From an uncultured Candidatus Solibacter sp. (lineage in GTDB: Bacteria > Acidobacteriota > Terriglobia > Bryobacterales > Bryobacteraceae), in assembly GCA_964478395.1 (NCBI GenBank), contig CAYZIX010000002.1:29761-93760 (forward strand): a DNA stretch of 64,000 nt, written 5' to 3'. Position 1 is the stretch's first letter, and the number at the start of each line of letters is the position of its first letter. Positions 28,499-39,933 of the stretch are shown here, in pieces. The notes under the pieces were generated by a model. The model saw nothing but the letters and a program-made list of their open reading frames with translations, searched no databases and was not told the DNA's origin. A program made the translations under genes and the position numbers.

Positions 28499-29295
28499 CG
28501 CTTCAACTCAAACCAGAATTCGATGATAGCGGAGTTGCCGGAGTAGCCGGCCGGCAGCGCCGGCAGTGGTGAGGCTTCGGTAATGGCGCGCTGCGCCGAA
28601 TAGTCCAGCGCCACGTTGCCGCTGGATTGCACCACACGCACGCTGCGCACGCGCCCGTCGCGCATGATTTCGAACTGCACAACAGCCGGCGGCAGCGTGC
28701 GTATGCGCGCATCCACCTGTTCGGTGCGCCAATGCTGCGCCACACGGTCGCGCAGTAGCACGGCGTAGGCGCCAAAGCGCGTCCCAAATGGCGCGCCGTT
28801 GCCCACGCCCACCCCACCCGAGCCCGGCGCCTGGCCGAACAACGGGGAAGTGGCCGCTTGGCCGCCCCGGCTGTATACCTGATTCGGATCGTAGGCGCGA
28901 TAATCGCGCCGGGAAGGTTGCCAATGTTCTTCCGTGGAGACGCGGCGTTTCGCTTTGGACTTTAGCGGAACGCCGTCCTCGCGTTCCTTCACGCTGGTCT
29001 TTTGACGCGTCTCCTTCTCAACCGGTTCCGGAATTGAGCTTTCAGTATCACTAGCCACCCGATTCAGCGGGCCCGTCCGGCCCGGCAGTTGAATACTGTG
29101 CACCGCCGTGACACTGAATGCCCCGCCACCACCGCGCGAATTCGGATCGCCCCACTGTTCGTGTTTGCCGACGCCCGCCACCGTCGCCAGCGTCAGCGCC
29201 GCGGCCACGCCCAGATGCAGCCCCAGGGAAAAGGTAAACGGGCGCTTCAGCGAGTCGCGCTCATCGAGTACCCCGGCCTGTGGCGCTGGCGTCAT
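28495..29295 (-). CDS. tolA: TolA/TonB-family energy transducer (short)
   Basis: N-terminal TM with SLGLH motif; C-terminal TonB/TolA domain (VVQFEIMRDG...SSGNVALDYSAQRAI); lies between tolR and tolB. Confidence 0.8.
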   Translation of the reverse strand: MTPAPQAGVLDERDSLKRPFTFSLGLHLGVAAALTLATVAGVGKHEQWGDPNSRGGGGAFSVTAVHSIQLPGRTGPLNRVASDTESSIPEPVEKETRQKTSVKEREDGVPLKSKAKRRVSTEEHWQPSRRDYRAYDPNQVYSRGGQAATSPLFGQAPGSGGVGVGNGAPFGTRFGAYAVLLRDRVAQHWRTEQVDARIRTLPPAVVQFEIMRDGRVRSVRVVQSSGNVALDYSAQRAITEASPLPALPAGYSGNSAIIEFWFELKR

Positions 29296-29301
29296 GAGGC
29301 G

Positions 29302-29724
29302 TTATTTCCTGCCTGAATCGTCCGGCTGTGTCACCAGCTTCACGTCCAGCCCCGCCTCGCCCAGCACGCTTACCACTTGCGCAATCGGATCGTAAATCGT
29401 TTGCGCATCGGCCCGCACGTAAACCGACTTGGCGTTCGGGAAACGGGCCTTGAACACATCGCCCAGCTCGTGGATGTTCACCGCCTTCTCGTTCAGATAG
29501 AGCTCGCCGCTCTTGCTGATCGACACCACCGGCAACTCCTGCGTGCTGTCCTTGGTCTGATTGACCTTGGGAACATTGACTTCCAGGCCGAACTCCATCA
29601 CGTGTGCGGTGAGCATGAAGATCACCAGCAACACCAGCACAACGTCCACCAGCGGAATGATGTTGATCTCGGCCAGGGCGCCGCCGTTGCCGCGGCGACG
29701 GGAACTGTAGGAGGAATAGGCCAC
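29302..29724 (-). CDS. tolR: TolR/ExbD
   Basis: EINIIPLVDVVLVLLVIFM motif. Confidence 0.92.
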   Translation of the reverse strand: MAYSSYSSRRRGNGGALAEINIIPLVDVVLVLLVIFMLTAHVMEFGLEVNVPKVNQTKDSTQELPVVSISKSGELYLNEKAVNIHELGDVFKARFPNAKSVYVRADAQTIYDPIAQVVSVLGEAGLDVKLVTQPDDSGRK

Positions 29725-29730
29725 GGCCGC

Positions 29731-30411
29731 TTACTCTCCGAAATGCCGTTCGGTCAGATTGAGAAACTCGAGCGAGAAATCGTCCATCCTCGCCGCCTGC
29801 TCTCGTATCGAGTGCTGAAAGACGTTGAAGGCCACCGCCGCGGGGATGGCGGCGGCCAGACCGGCAGCCGTGGCGATCAACGCTTCGCTGATGCCCGGCG
29901 CAACGGCCCGCAGGCTGGCCGAGCCGGCCGAGCCCAAACCCTGGAAAGCGTCAATGATGCCCAGCACCGTGCCGAACAGCCCGACGAACGGTGAAACCGT
30001 CGCCGTCGTCGCCAGCGCGGACATGCCGCGCTCCAGCCGCGTCACTTCCTCGCTCACGCCAATTTGCAGTGAGCGCTCCAGCGACACTTTGTTTTTGAAG
30101 CCACCGTTTGCAGCCTGGCGCCGCACTTCCTGGTAGCCGAAATCAAAGACGCCTGCCACCGGCGCCTGGCGGTACTGCTCCGCCACCGCTGCCACCGTAT
30201 CGAGATTCGGCGACTTACGGAATGCGCGCAGAAATGCGGAGTTGGCTCCACCGGCGCCACGGAACTGGCTCCACTTCGCGAATATCGCGGTCCAGCTCAG
30301 CAGCGATGCCACCAGCAGAATGGCTAGTACAATCTTGGATACAAATGAGGCGCCCACTACCAGCTCCCAAATGGAAAGCTGTAGCAAAGCGCAGACAGGT
30401 GTTTGAATCAA
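29731..30411 (-). CDS. tolQ: TolQ/ExbB/MotA proton channel
   Basis: SPFVGLFGTVLGI, APGISEALIATAAGLAAAIPA; start placed at TTG 30411. Confidence 0.92.
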   Translation of the reverse strand: MIQTPVCALLQLSIWELVVGASFVSKIVLAILLVASLLSWTAIFAKWSQFRGAGGANSAFLRAFRKSPNLDTVAAVAEQYRQAPVAGVFDFGYQEVRRQAANGGFKNKVSLERSLQIGVSEEVTRLERGMSALATTATVSPFVGLFGTVLGIIDAFQGLGSAGSASLRAVAPGISEALIATAAGLAAAIPAAVAFNVFQHSIREQAARMDDFSLEFLNLTERHFGE

Positions 30412-30486
30412 AACGACACTCCCTGGGAGAGGTCCTTCAACCTCCATCATAGCCAAGCTAGGGGGCGCCGGTTGGCTAAAACAATT

Positions 30487-31338
30487 TCACCTATTCGCGT
30501 TGGCGGCCATCCGGCGCAGGAACGGCAGTCCCTGTTCGCCGAAATACTCGGGCCCCGGAGCGAAGTCGCGCCACACCGACGCGGCCGCGGCAATCTCCGG
30601 CACACGCCCGCCAAAACTCTCGATCACACACCAGCCGTCATAGCCGACTTCAGCCAGCGCGGTGAACAGTTCGTCCCAGGCGATGTGGCCCGTGCCGGGC
30701 ACCCCGCGGTCGTTTTCGCACGTGTGAACGTGCGCCAGCCGCGCGCCCACTACGCGCACCGCGTCACCAATGTGCTTGTCCTCAATGTTTGAATGAAACG
30801 TATCCAACAGCACGCCGGCATAAGGGTCGCCCACTTCGTTGGTGAACCGCGCCGCGTCGTCGGCCGTGGTCAGCATGTAGGTTTCGAAGCGGTTCAGCGG
30901 CTCGATGGCCAGCGTCACGTCACAGCCACGTAGCGTGTCGCCAAGCGCTCGCACCTCATCCACGCCGCGGTTCCATTCATCCACCGTCGGCCGTGCGCCC
31001 GTGTGCAGGCCGACCGCCGACAGAAACGGCCCGGCCAGCACGCTCGCGCCCAGCTCGGCCGTGGCCTCTATGGCGCACCGCAGAAAGTCGGACGTCGCGC
31101 GGCGCCGCGGCTCGTCCTCGCACACCAGGCTTTGGTCGCCGGAAAGCGCCGTGCACACGGTCGCCTCCAGCCCGGCGTCGCGCACAGCCTCGCGCAGCAG
31201 ACGCGCCGGAAAATTGTCAAAAGAGAAACGGGCAATCTCGATGCCGTCGAATCCCCAGCCTTTGATCTTCGCGAGCAGATCCAGCTGGTCCATATCGAAG
31301 GCGGAGCTAAACAGGAGAGTATTGAGACCGAACCGCAT
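30487..31338 (-). CDS. D-psicose/D-tagatose 3-epimerase-family sugar phosphate isomerase
   Basis: MRFGLNT, AIEPLNRFET, LDTFHSNIE, HVHTCENDRG, IESF. Confidence 0.88.
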   Translation of the reverse strand: MRFGLNTLLFSSAFDMDQLDLLAKIKGWGFDGIEIARFSFDNFPARLLREAVRDAGLEATVCTALSGDQSLVCEDEPRRRATSDFLRCAIEATAELGASVLAGPFLSAVGLHTGARPTVDEWNRGVDEVRALGDTLRGCDVTLAIEPLNRFETYMLTTADDAARFTNEVGDPYAGVLLDTFHSNIEDKHIGDAVRVVGARLAHVHTCENDRGVPGTGHIAWDELFTALAEVGYDGWCVIESFGGRVPEIAAAASVWRDFAPGPEYFGEQGLPFLRRMAANANR

Positions 31339-31515
31339 ATCAGGTACCCGGACCATCCTACACGAGCACGCCGCCGCCTGGTAGGTTCCAAACCGCACTG
31401 GCGGAGCCCCGGCCAGACGAGGCTGCGCGAACTCCCCGTACAAGCACTCAACCCTCCATCCGCCGCGCCCGGCTCTGTGCCAGCCCTCCTTGCTTGTACA
31501 CTAAAATAAAGAGTT

Positions 31516-32178
31516 TTGACCTGCCACACCATAATCGCCATTGATGGGCCCGCTGGCGCGGGCAAAAGTACCGTTGCGCGCCGTCTGGCGGGCCGCCTGG
31601 GCTTTGTCTATGTCGACACCGGCGCAATGTACCGTGCCATCGCCCTGAAGGCGCGGCGTGCGGGTATCGGCTGGTCCGACGCCGCGCGGCTGGCCGCGTT
31701 GGCGCGGGCTGCGCGCGTTGAGTTGACCTGCGATGGCAAAGTGCTGCTCGACGGCGAGGACGTCACGCTGGCCATTCGCGAGCCGGAGATTTCCGATGGC
31801 GCCTCGCAGGTTAGCGCCGTGAGCGACGTGCGGCGCGCCATGGTTGAACTCCAGCAGGCCTTCGGGCGCGCTGAAAGCATCGTCATGGAAGGCCGCGACA
31901 TTGGCACCGTCGTGTTTCCCCAGGCCACAGTAAAGTTTTATTTGGACGCCAGCGCCGAGGAGCGCGCCCGCCGTCGCGTGGCTGAGCTGGCCAAACGCGG
32001 ACAGACGGTGGACTACGAGCAGACGCTCAGCGAAATGCGCGCACGCGATGAACGCGACATGACGCGCGCCGATTCGCCGTTGCGCCGCGCCGGCGACGCT
32101 GTTTACGTTGATACCAGCCACATGAGCGAGACCGAAGTCGGCGACGCGCTGGTCAAAGTCATTGAGGAGCGAGCGTGA
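31516..32178 (+). CDS. cmk: Cytidylate kinase
   Basis: IAIDGPAGAGKST, VDTGAMYR, EGRDIGTVVFP, RDERD. Confidence 0.96.
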   Translation: MTCHTIIAIDGPAGAGKSTVARRLAGRLGFVYVDTGAMYRAIALKARRAGIGWSDAARLAALARAARVELTCDGKVLLDGEDVTLAIREPEISDGASQVSAVSDVRRAMVELQQAFGRAESIVMEGRDIGTVVFPQATVKFYLDASAEERARRRVAELAKRGQTVDYEQTLSEMRARDERDMTRADSPLRRAGDAVYVDTSHMSETEVGDALVKVIEERA

Positions 32179-33596
32179 AAGACCTGTTGGTGATGAAGTT
32201 TGGTGGCACGTCGATGGGCTCGGCCGAGCGCATTGCATCGGTGGCCCACATCTGTAGCGAAGCGCACGCCACGCGTCCCGTGGTGGTCGTGGTCTCGGCA
32301 ATGTCGAAGGTCACCGATTTGCTGCTGGATGGGTTGCGCCGCGCCGAGGCGGGCGATGAAAAAGGCCTTGAGGCCGTGCTGGCAAGGCTTGCCGAACGCC
32401 ACCGTGAATGCTGTGAGGGGCTTCTCTCGGGCGAGAAGCGCGACACCACGCAGGAGCACCTGGACACGATCCTGGACGAATACGCACGCATCGCGCAGGG
32501 CGTACTGATGCTCGGTGAACGCCCGCCACGCTCGGTGGACGAAGCCATCGCCGTGGGCGAGCGGCTCAGCGCCACATTGATTGCGGCCCACCTGCAGCAG
32601 CATGGTGTGGACGCTCGCGCCGTCAACGCGCGTGACGTGATCGTCACCGACACTGTTTTTGGCAACGCCAATCCACTGATGGACGCCACCGGTGAGCGTG
32701 CCCGTAGCGTGCTGGGTCCCATGCTGGAGACGCGCGCGCTGCCCTTCGTTACCGGCTTTAACGGCGCCACCATGGATGGCCGCGCCACCACGCTCGGCCG
32801 CGGTGGCAGCGACTTCTCGGCCTCCATTCTGGCCGCCGTGCTCGACGCCGGTGAGCTCTGGATCTGGAGCGACGTTGATGGCATCATGTCGGCCGACCCG
32901 CGGCTGGTTTCACATGCCAAGGTGCTTGACGAGATCACCTACCGCGAGGCCGCCGAACTCGCCTACAACGGCGCCAAGGTGCTGCATCCACGCACATTGG
33001 CCCCGCTGATGGAGAAGGAAATTCCGGTGTGGAGCAAGAACAGCTTCCACCTCGACGCGCCTGGCACGCGTATCGTGCCCGCCACGCGTGAAGGCCCGCA
33101 AGGCCCGCGCGCAGTGACTTCGATGACCAACGTGGCGCTGGTGACGCTTGATCCGGCCAGTGCGGCGCTGAGCGGCACCAAAATCATGGCCCGCAGCCTG
33201 GAAGCTCTGTCCACGGCCAACGCCGAGGTGCTGGCGCTGACCAGTTCGAGCTACCGCCAGAACTTCTGTTTTCTGATCCGTACGGCGGAGCTGGCCTCGG
33301 TGATCGAAAAGCTGGAGGAGACATTCTCCATCGAACTGGCGCACGGCTATCTGCACCCTATAGACGTAGACTTAGACGTGGGTTTGTTGGCGATTGTGGG
33401 CGAGGGCATGAAGGGCCACGCCGGTCTGGCCGGCCGGATCTTCACCGCCATCTCCGAGCAGAGTGTGAATATTATCGCCATTGCGCAGGGATCCAGCGAA
33501 TTGACCATCGCTGTGGTCGTGCGCAAGCAGGGCGTGGAAAAGGCCGTTCGGGCCGTGCACGAGGTGTGCGGGCTCGGCACCGCCAAGCGGTTATAA
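32175..33596 (+). CDS. lysC: Aspartate kinase with ACT domains
   Basis: KFGGTS, VVVSAM, TTLGRGGSD, WSDVDG, GAKVLHP; no homoserine dehydrogenase domain. Confidence 0.9.
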   Translation: MKDLLVMKFGGTSMGSAERIASVAHICSEAHATRPVVVVVSAMSKVTDLLLDGLRRAEAGDEKGLEAVLARLAERHRECCEGLLSGEKRDTTQEHLDTILDEYARIAQGVLMLGERPPRSVDEAIAVGERLSATLIAAHLQQHGVDARAVNARDVIVTDTVFGNANPLMDATGERARSVLGPMLETRALPFVTGFNGATMDGRATTLGRGGSDFSASILAAVLDAGELWIWSDVDGIMSADPRLVSHAKVLDEITYREAAELAYNGAKVLHPRTLAPLMEKEIPVWSKNSFHLDAPGTRIVPATREGPQGPRAVTSMTNVALVTLDPASAALSGTKIMARSLEALSTANAEVLALTSSSYRQNFCFLIRTAELASVIEKLEETFSIELAHGYLHPIDVDLDVGLLAIVGEGMKGHAGLAGRIFTAISEQSVNIIAIAQGSSELTIAVVVRKQGVEKAVRAVHEVCGLGTAKRL

Positions 33597-33629
33597 TGAG
33601 AGTTTCGCTTCGCAAGGGAGTTAACAGCA

Positions 33630-35567
33630 ATGTTTGACCTGTTTCGCAGCCGGGAGAAGAGTGTGCGCTATCTCCTGGGCGCGCTTCTGACGTTGGTCGC
33701 CGTATCGATGGTGATCACCCTGGTGCCTGGCTATGGTGGGGGATGGGGCCGCAGTAGCGGCTCGGACCCGTCCATCTTGGCCGAAATCGGCGATGAGAAG
33801 GTGACGGCAAGTGACGTCCGGAAGTACATCTCGAGCGAGCTGAAGGACAAAGTCCCGCCCGGATCCGAGGCTGTTTACATTCCGCAGATCGTCGAAGAAA
33901 TGGCCGCCGCCAAGGCCGTCGGCTATGCCGCCTCCGAAATGGGGCTGGCTGTGAACGACAAGATGCTGGCCGAGATGGTGGAGGCCACCATCCCGCAGTT
34001 GTTCGAAAACGGCAAGTTCGTCGGCAAGCAGGTTTACGCCGAATTCCTCTCGCGCCAGAACCTGAGCATCCCTGAGTTTGAAGAGCGCTTGCGCACCAGC
34101 GCACTCGCCACCACGGTGCAGAACATGGCCCTGGAAGGCATGGTGGTGACGCCGGCCGAGGTGGAGAACGAGTTTAAGCGCCGCAACGAGAAGATCAAGA
34201 TCTCTTACTTCATGGTCAGCCGCGACCAGATGAAAAAGAAGATCAGCCTGACTCAAGCCGAGGTGAACGAAGCCTGGACCAAGCGCCAGGCGGATTTCAA
34301 GCTGCCCGAACAGCGCAGCTACCTTGTCTTCCCAATCGACGAGAAGCAGGTGGCCGCCACGTTGCAGCTTCCGGAATCCGAGCTCAAGCGGATCTACTCA
34401 ACCAACACCGAGCGTTTCCGCACGCCGGAGCGCGTCCATGCTTCCCACATCCTGATCATGACCAAGGACAAGCCGGCCGCCGAAGTGGCCCGGCTCGAAA
34501 AGAAGGCTGAGGACCTGTTGAAGCAGGTGAAGTCGGGCGGCAACTTCGCCGATCTGGCGAAGAAGAACTCTGACGATCCGGGCTCGGCCGCCAAGGGTGG
34601 CGACCTCGACTGGGTTGTGCGCGGCCAGACCGTGCCGGAGTTTGAAAAGGCCGCCTTCTCGCTCAAGCCGGGCGAGTTGAGCGGGCTGGTGAAAACTGTC
34701 TACGGCTACCACATCATCAAGGTGGATAAGCACGAACAGGCGCGTGTCCGTCCGTTTGAAGAAGTGAAGGGTGAGCTCGCCGCCGAAGCCGCCAAAACGC
34801 AAGTGCGTGAGAAGATGCAGACGCTGGCCGACCAGATCCGCGCCGCATTGGTGAAGTCCGCAGGCGAGGCCGAAAAGCTGGCGCGCGCCAATGGCGTCAC
34901 TCCGGTGAATGCCGAAGACCTCACCAAGGGCCAGCCCGTCGAGGGCATCGGCACAAACGACCAGTTCAATGACGAGGCATCCAGACTGCCGCTGAACGGT
35001 GTCACCACCGTCATCCAGGTGGGTGCGGACCGTCTGGCGGTAGCACGCGTCACCAAGATTACGCCGCCGCGGCCGGCTGCGTTGAAGGATGTCGAGAGCC
35101 AGCTTCGTGAGGCGCTCATCACTGAGAAGGTGGCCGCGCAGATGAAGGAGACTGAGAAGGCTCTCACTGCGAAGCTTTCCACCGCGAATGGCGACTTGGC
35201 GGGCTTGGCGAAATCCGTCGGCGCTGAAGTCAAATCCCCCGAAGCGTTCACCCGCGCCGACGCCGTCGCCGGCCTGGGCTCCGCCACTATGTTGCTGCCC
35301 GCCTTCCAGAAGAATGCGGGTGAGCTGGCCGGTCCGTTCGCCTTCGGCACCGACTTCTGCATCCTCAAGGTGACCGAAAAGATCCCGGCCGACCTCACAC
35401 AACTGGCCGCACAACGCTCAGAGATGCAACAGGGCTTGAAGCGCGAACGCGCTATGGAGCGCGCCACGTTGTTCAAGGAAGGCATCATGCAGACGCTCAT
35501 CAAGAGCAAGAAGCTGAAGATCTACGAGAAGAACATCAAACTGCTGCAGGGCAGCTACCTGCACTAG
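33630..35567 (+). CDS. ppiD: PpiD-like membrane-anchored parvulin PPIase/chaperone
   Basis: N-terminal anchor, SurA-like N-domain, parvulin motifs VHASHILI, SDDPGSAAKGGDL, YGYHII. Confidence 0.88.
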   Translation: MFDLFRSREKSVRYLLGALLTLVAVSMVITLVPGYGGGWGRSSGSDPSILAEIGDEKVTASDVRKYISSELKDKVPPGSEAVYIPQIVEEMAAAKAVGYAASEMGLAVNDKMLAEMVEATIPQLFENGKFVGKQVYAEFLSRQNLSIPEFEERLRTSALATTVQNMALEGMVVTPAEVENEFKRRNEKIKISYFMVSRDQMKKKISLTQAEVNEAWTKRQADFKLPEQRSYLVFPIDEKQVAATLQLPESELKRIYSTNTERFRTPERVHASHILIMTKDKPAAEVARLEKKAEDLLKQVKSGGNFADLAKKNSDDPGSAAKGGDLDWVVRGQTVPEFEKAAFSLKPGELSGLVKTVYGYHIIKVDKHEQARVRPFEEVKGELAAEAAKTQVREKMQTLADQIRAALVKSAGEAEKLARANGVTPVNAEDLTKGQPVEGIGTNDQFNDEASRLPLNGVTTVIQVGADRLAVARVTKITPPRPAALKDVESQLREALITEKVAAQMKETEKALTAKLSTANGDLAGLAKSVGAEVKSPEAFTRADAVAGLGSATMLLPAFQKNAGELAGPFAFGTDFCILKVTEKIPADLTQLAAQRSEMQQGLKRERAMERATLFKEGIMQTLIKSKKLKIYEKNIKLLQGSYLH

Positions 35568-35573
35568 CGGCCG

Positions 35574-36245
35574 ATGATAGATGCCTTCATCGGTTTCCTG
35601 CGCTCGCTGACCGACCCGGCACAGCTCATCGGGCTGCTGTCAACGGTCTTCACCGGTTGGTGGGGCTATGCCCTGCTCTGCACCATCGTCTTTTCTGAAA
35701 CGGGTCTCCTGGTAGGTTTCTTCCTGCCGGGAGACTCGCTTCTTTTTACCGTTGGCGTGGTGGCCGGTGCCGGGCATCTTAATCTGGCCACCATCCTGAC
35801 CGCACTGGTCATCTCGGCGCTGGCCGGCAACTCTTCCGGCTACATGCTGGGACGTTTCATCGGGGTGCGCCTGTTTGCCAACCCGAACTCCCGCGTCTTC
35901 CGGCGCGAATACCTTGAACGCACGCAGGCCTTTTACGAGCGTCACGGTGGCAAGACCATCGTCTACGCTCAATTCGTTCCCATCATCCGCACTTTTGCTG
36001 CGTTCGTTGCCGGTGTGGCGGGCATGGGCCTGCCGCGCTTTCTCTCCTTCAACGTCTTCGGCAGTGTCGGCTGGGTCACTTCAATGACCCTGGCCGGCTA
36101 CAAGCTGGGCGGCATTCCGCTGGTTCGCGCGCACTTTGAAAAAGTGGTCATCGGCATCGTGCTCGTCTCCGTGGTGCCCGTGCTGATCCAACTCTTGCGC
36201 GCACGCCGTACAGGGGCTGGAGCGGACAATCCACAGGCGCTGTAA
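35574..36245 (+). CDS. dedA: DedA family membrane protein
   Basis: FSETGLLVGFFLPGDSLLF, FVPIIRTFA. Confidence 0.93.
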   Translation: MIDAFIGFLRSLTDPAQLIGLLSTVFTGWWGYALLCTIVFSETGLLVGFFLPGDSLLFTVGVVAGAGHLNLATILTALVISALAGNSSGYMLGRFIGVRLFANPNSRVFRREYLERTQAFYERHGGKTIVYAQFVPIIRTFAAFVAGVAGMGLPRFLSFNVFGSVGWVTSMTLAGYKLGGIPLVRAHFEKVVIGIVLVSVVPVLIQLLRARRTGAGADNPQAL

Positions 36246-36255
36246 AGCGTCTTGC

Positions 36256-36275
36256 GGACCCGGCATGCCCGGTCC
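36256..36275. repeat. Isolated REP-like palindrome
   Basis: GGACCCGGCATGCCCGGTCC imperfect palindrome just after the dedA stop; only one copy seen. Confidence 0.3.
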
Positions 36276-36355
36276 AACCCCTGCCCAATTGGACGCCATC
36301 CGGCAGATTTCGTGAGCCCGCCCCGTTCCGCGTGCGGTGATAAGATAATCCCGCA

Positions 36356-37654
36356 ATGCGACACCCAAATTTTTCCCGACGCGATTGCCTGAAACTCGCC
36401 GCAGCCACTCCGGCCGTAGCCGCCGCCATGCAGACTCCCGCCGATGCCGACCGTGAGCACCGCATGCAATGGTGGCACGAGGCCCGCTTTGGCATGTTCA
36501 TCCACTGGGGACTGTACAGCGTGCTCGGCCGCCACGAGTGGGCCATGGAAACGGAAGGCATCCCGGTGGCCGAGTATGAGCAACTGGCCAAAAAATTCGT
36601 GCCAAAGCCCGCACCTGCCAAGGCCTGGGCTGCGCTGGCGCGTCAGGCCGGCATGAAGTACATGGTGATGACCACCAAGCACCACGAGGGCTTCTGCCAC
36701 TTCAACACCGCCACCACCAGCTATTGCGCCCCCAAGCAGGCCGCCGGCCGCGACCTCGTCAAGGAATACGTCGACGCCGCCCGCGCTGAAGGCCTGCGCG
36801 TCGGCTTCTACTATTCGCTGATGGACTGGCACCACCCGGATGGCGCCCGCTGCAAGACCGACGAGGCCGCCCGCCGCCGCTTCGTCGACTACATCCACAC
36901 CCACGTCCGCGAATTGATGACCAACTACGGCAAGATCGACGTCCTCTGGTACGACGTCAACTGGCCGCTCACCGCCGCTGGCTGGGAGAGCGTCGAGATG
37001 AACAAAATGGTGCGCGGCCTGCAGCCCGGCATCATCATCAACAACCGCAGCGGCATTCCGGAAGACTTCGACACGCCCGAGCAGCACATCACCGCCTCCA
37101 AGGGCCGCAACTGGGAAAGCTGCATGACGATGAACGATAGCTGGGGCTACCAGGCCGCCGACGACAGTTGGAAATCGCCCAAGCAGGTCTTGCGTAACCT
37201 GATCAGTTGCTCACGGCAGGGCGGCAACTATCTGCTCAACATCGGCCCCACGGGCGACGGATCCATCCCGCCGGAGAGCACGCGCATCCTCACTGAAGTC
37301 GGTGCCTGGCTGAAGCGCAACGGCTCGTCCATCTATCAGACCGATCCGTGCCAGAACATCCACTCCATGTTTGCCGGCTTCACACGCCGCGGCAATACCC
37401 TCTACGCACATGTTCAGTACTGGCCCGGCTCCGAGGTCTCAATCGGCGGGCTGAAGAACAAGGTGCTCGGCGCCAAGCTGCTGGTCAGCGGTACACCCGT
37501 CAAGTTCCAGCAGGACGACTTCCGCCTGAAGCTCACCGGACTGCCCGCCAAGGCCCCCGACACGCCCATCACCACCATCGCGATCGAGTGTGACGGCGAG
37601 CCGCGGCAGGACGATGACAACACCCGCGTCAACCGCCCGCGCCACAACGTGTAG
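36356..37654 (+). CDS. Alpha-L-fucosidase GH29, Tat-exported
   Basis: Tat signal SRRDCLK; RFGMFIHWG, TTKHHEGF, LWYD, IINNR, WESCMTM, YLLNIGP. Confidence 0.93.
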   Translation: MRHPNFSRRDCLKLAAATPAVAAAMQTPADADREHRMQWWHEARFGMFIHWGLYSVLGRHEWAMETEGIPVAEYEQLAKKFVPKPAPAKAWAALARQAGMKYMVMTTKHHEGFCHFNTATTSYCAPKQAAGRDLVKEYVDAARAEGLRVGFYYSLMDWHHPDGARCKTDEAARRRFVDYIHTHVRELMTNYGKIDVLWYDVNWPLTAAGWESVEMNKMVRGLQPGIIINNRSGIPEDFDTPEQHITASKGRNWESCMTMNDSWGYQAADDSWKSPKQVLRNLISCSRQGGNYLLNIGPTGDGSIPPESTRILTEVGAWLKRNGSSIYQTDPCQNIHSMFAGFTRRGNTLYAHVQYWPGSEVSIGGLKNKVLGAKLLVSGTPVKFQQDDFRLKLTGLPAKAPDTPITTIAIECDGEPRQDDDNTRVNRPRHNV

Positions 37655-38389
37655 CTAGCGGTAGCGGCCGCGCAAATAGTTCAGCCGGACTCGTATGGGA
37701 TCGCCGAACGCGGCGATCCCATTCCAGATGCTGACCTTGGTGCCTTCGGCGTTGAACCAGCGCACCGGCACCTCCAACACCCGGAAGCCCAGCTTGCGGG
37801 CGATGAAGAGGATCTCCACGTCAAAGCCGAAGCCTTCAATCAACTGCCGCGTCGAAACGGCCCGTGCCGCGTCGGCCCGTAGTAGCTTGAAGCCGCATTG
37901 CGTGTCGCGATACGGCAACCCCGTCACCAGACGCATGGCCAGGTTGAAGGCGCGGCCGCTCAGCTCTCGGAACAACGACTGATGCTTGCCTACCAGCGCG
38001 CGGTCCAGCGCCCGTGAGCCGATAGCGCCCGCGGCCGAACCGGCTTCCACCGCCTGTTCCAGCCGCTGAAGATCCACAATCGGCGTCGACAGATCGGCGT
38101 CGGTGAACAGCACCCACTCGCCCTGCGCCTTTTGCAGCCCGTGCCGCACAGCATAGCCTTTGCCGCGGTTACCGGGGTTGCGCAGCAGGCGGATGCGGGC
38201 GTCCAGCAGGGCGCTTTGCTCCACCAGTTCCGCCGTCGCATCAGTCGAACCATCGTCGACAACCACAATCTCGGCGAAGTCGAAAGCCCGGCCATCCAGG
38301 TAGGCGCGCACCGCCTCTAGAGTGGCCGGCAGCCGCCGCGCTTCGTTGTACGCCGGGATGACAATGGAGAGAGAACGCAAATAGCCCAT
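37655..38389 (-). CDS. GT2 glycosyltransferase (polyprenol-phosphate glucosyltransferase-like)
   Basis: VIPAYNE, VDDGSTD, NRGKG, FTDADLS, DTQCGFK, FGFDVE. Confidence 0.92.
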   Translation of the reverse strand: MGYLRSLSIVIPAYNEARRLPATLEAVRAYLDGRAFDFAEIVVVDDGSTDATAELVEQSALLDARIRLLRNPGNRGKGYAVRHGLQKAQGEWVLFTDADLSTPIVDLQRLEQAVEAGSAAGAIGSRALDRALVGKHQSLFRELSGRAFNLAMRLVTGLPYRDTQCGFKLLRADAARAVSTRQLIEGFGFDVEILFIARKLGFRVLEVPVRWFNAEGTKVSIWNGIAAFGDPIRVRLNYLRGRYR

Positions 38390-38395
38390 TATAAT
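38388..38395. promoter_or_regulatory. Palindromic bidirectional -10 element ATTATAAT
   Basis: TATAAT on both strands, between the divergent GT2 and lysS genes. Confidence 0.55.
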
Positions 38396-38424
38396 AGTTG
38401 TTTTCCCCTTTCGAAGGAGTCCAC

Positions 38425-39929
<1,505 letters not shown>

Positions 39930-39933
<4 letters not shown>

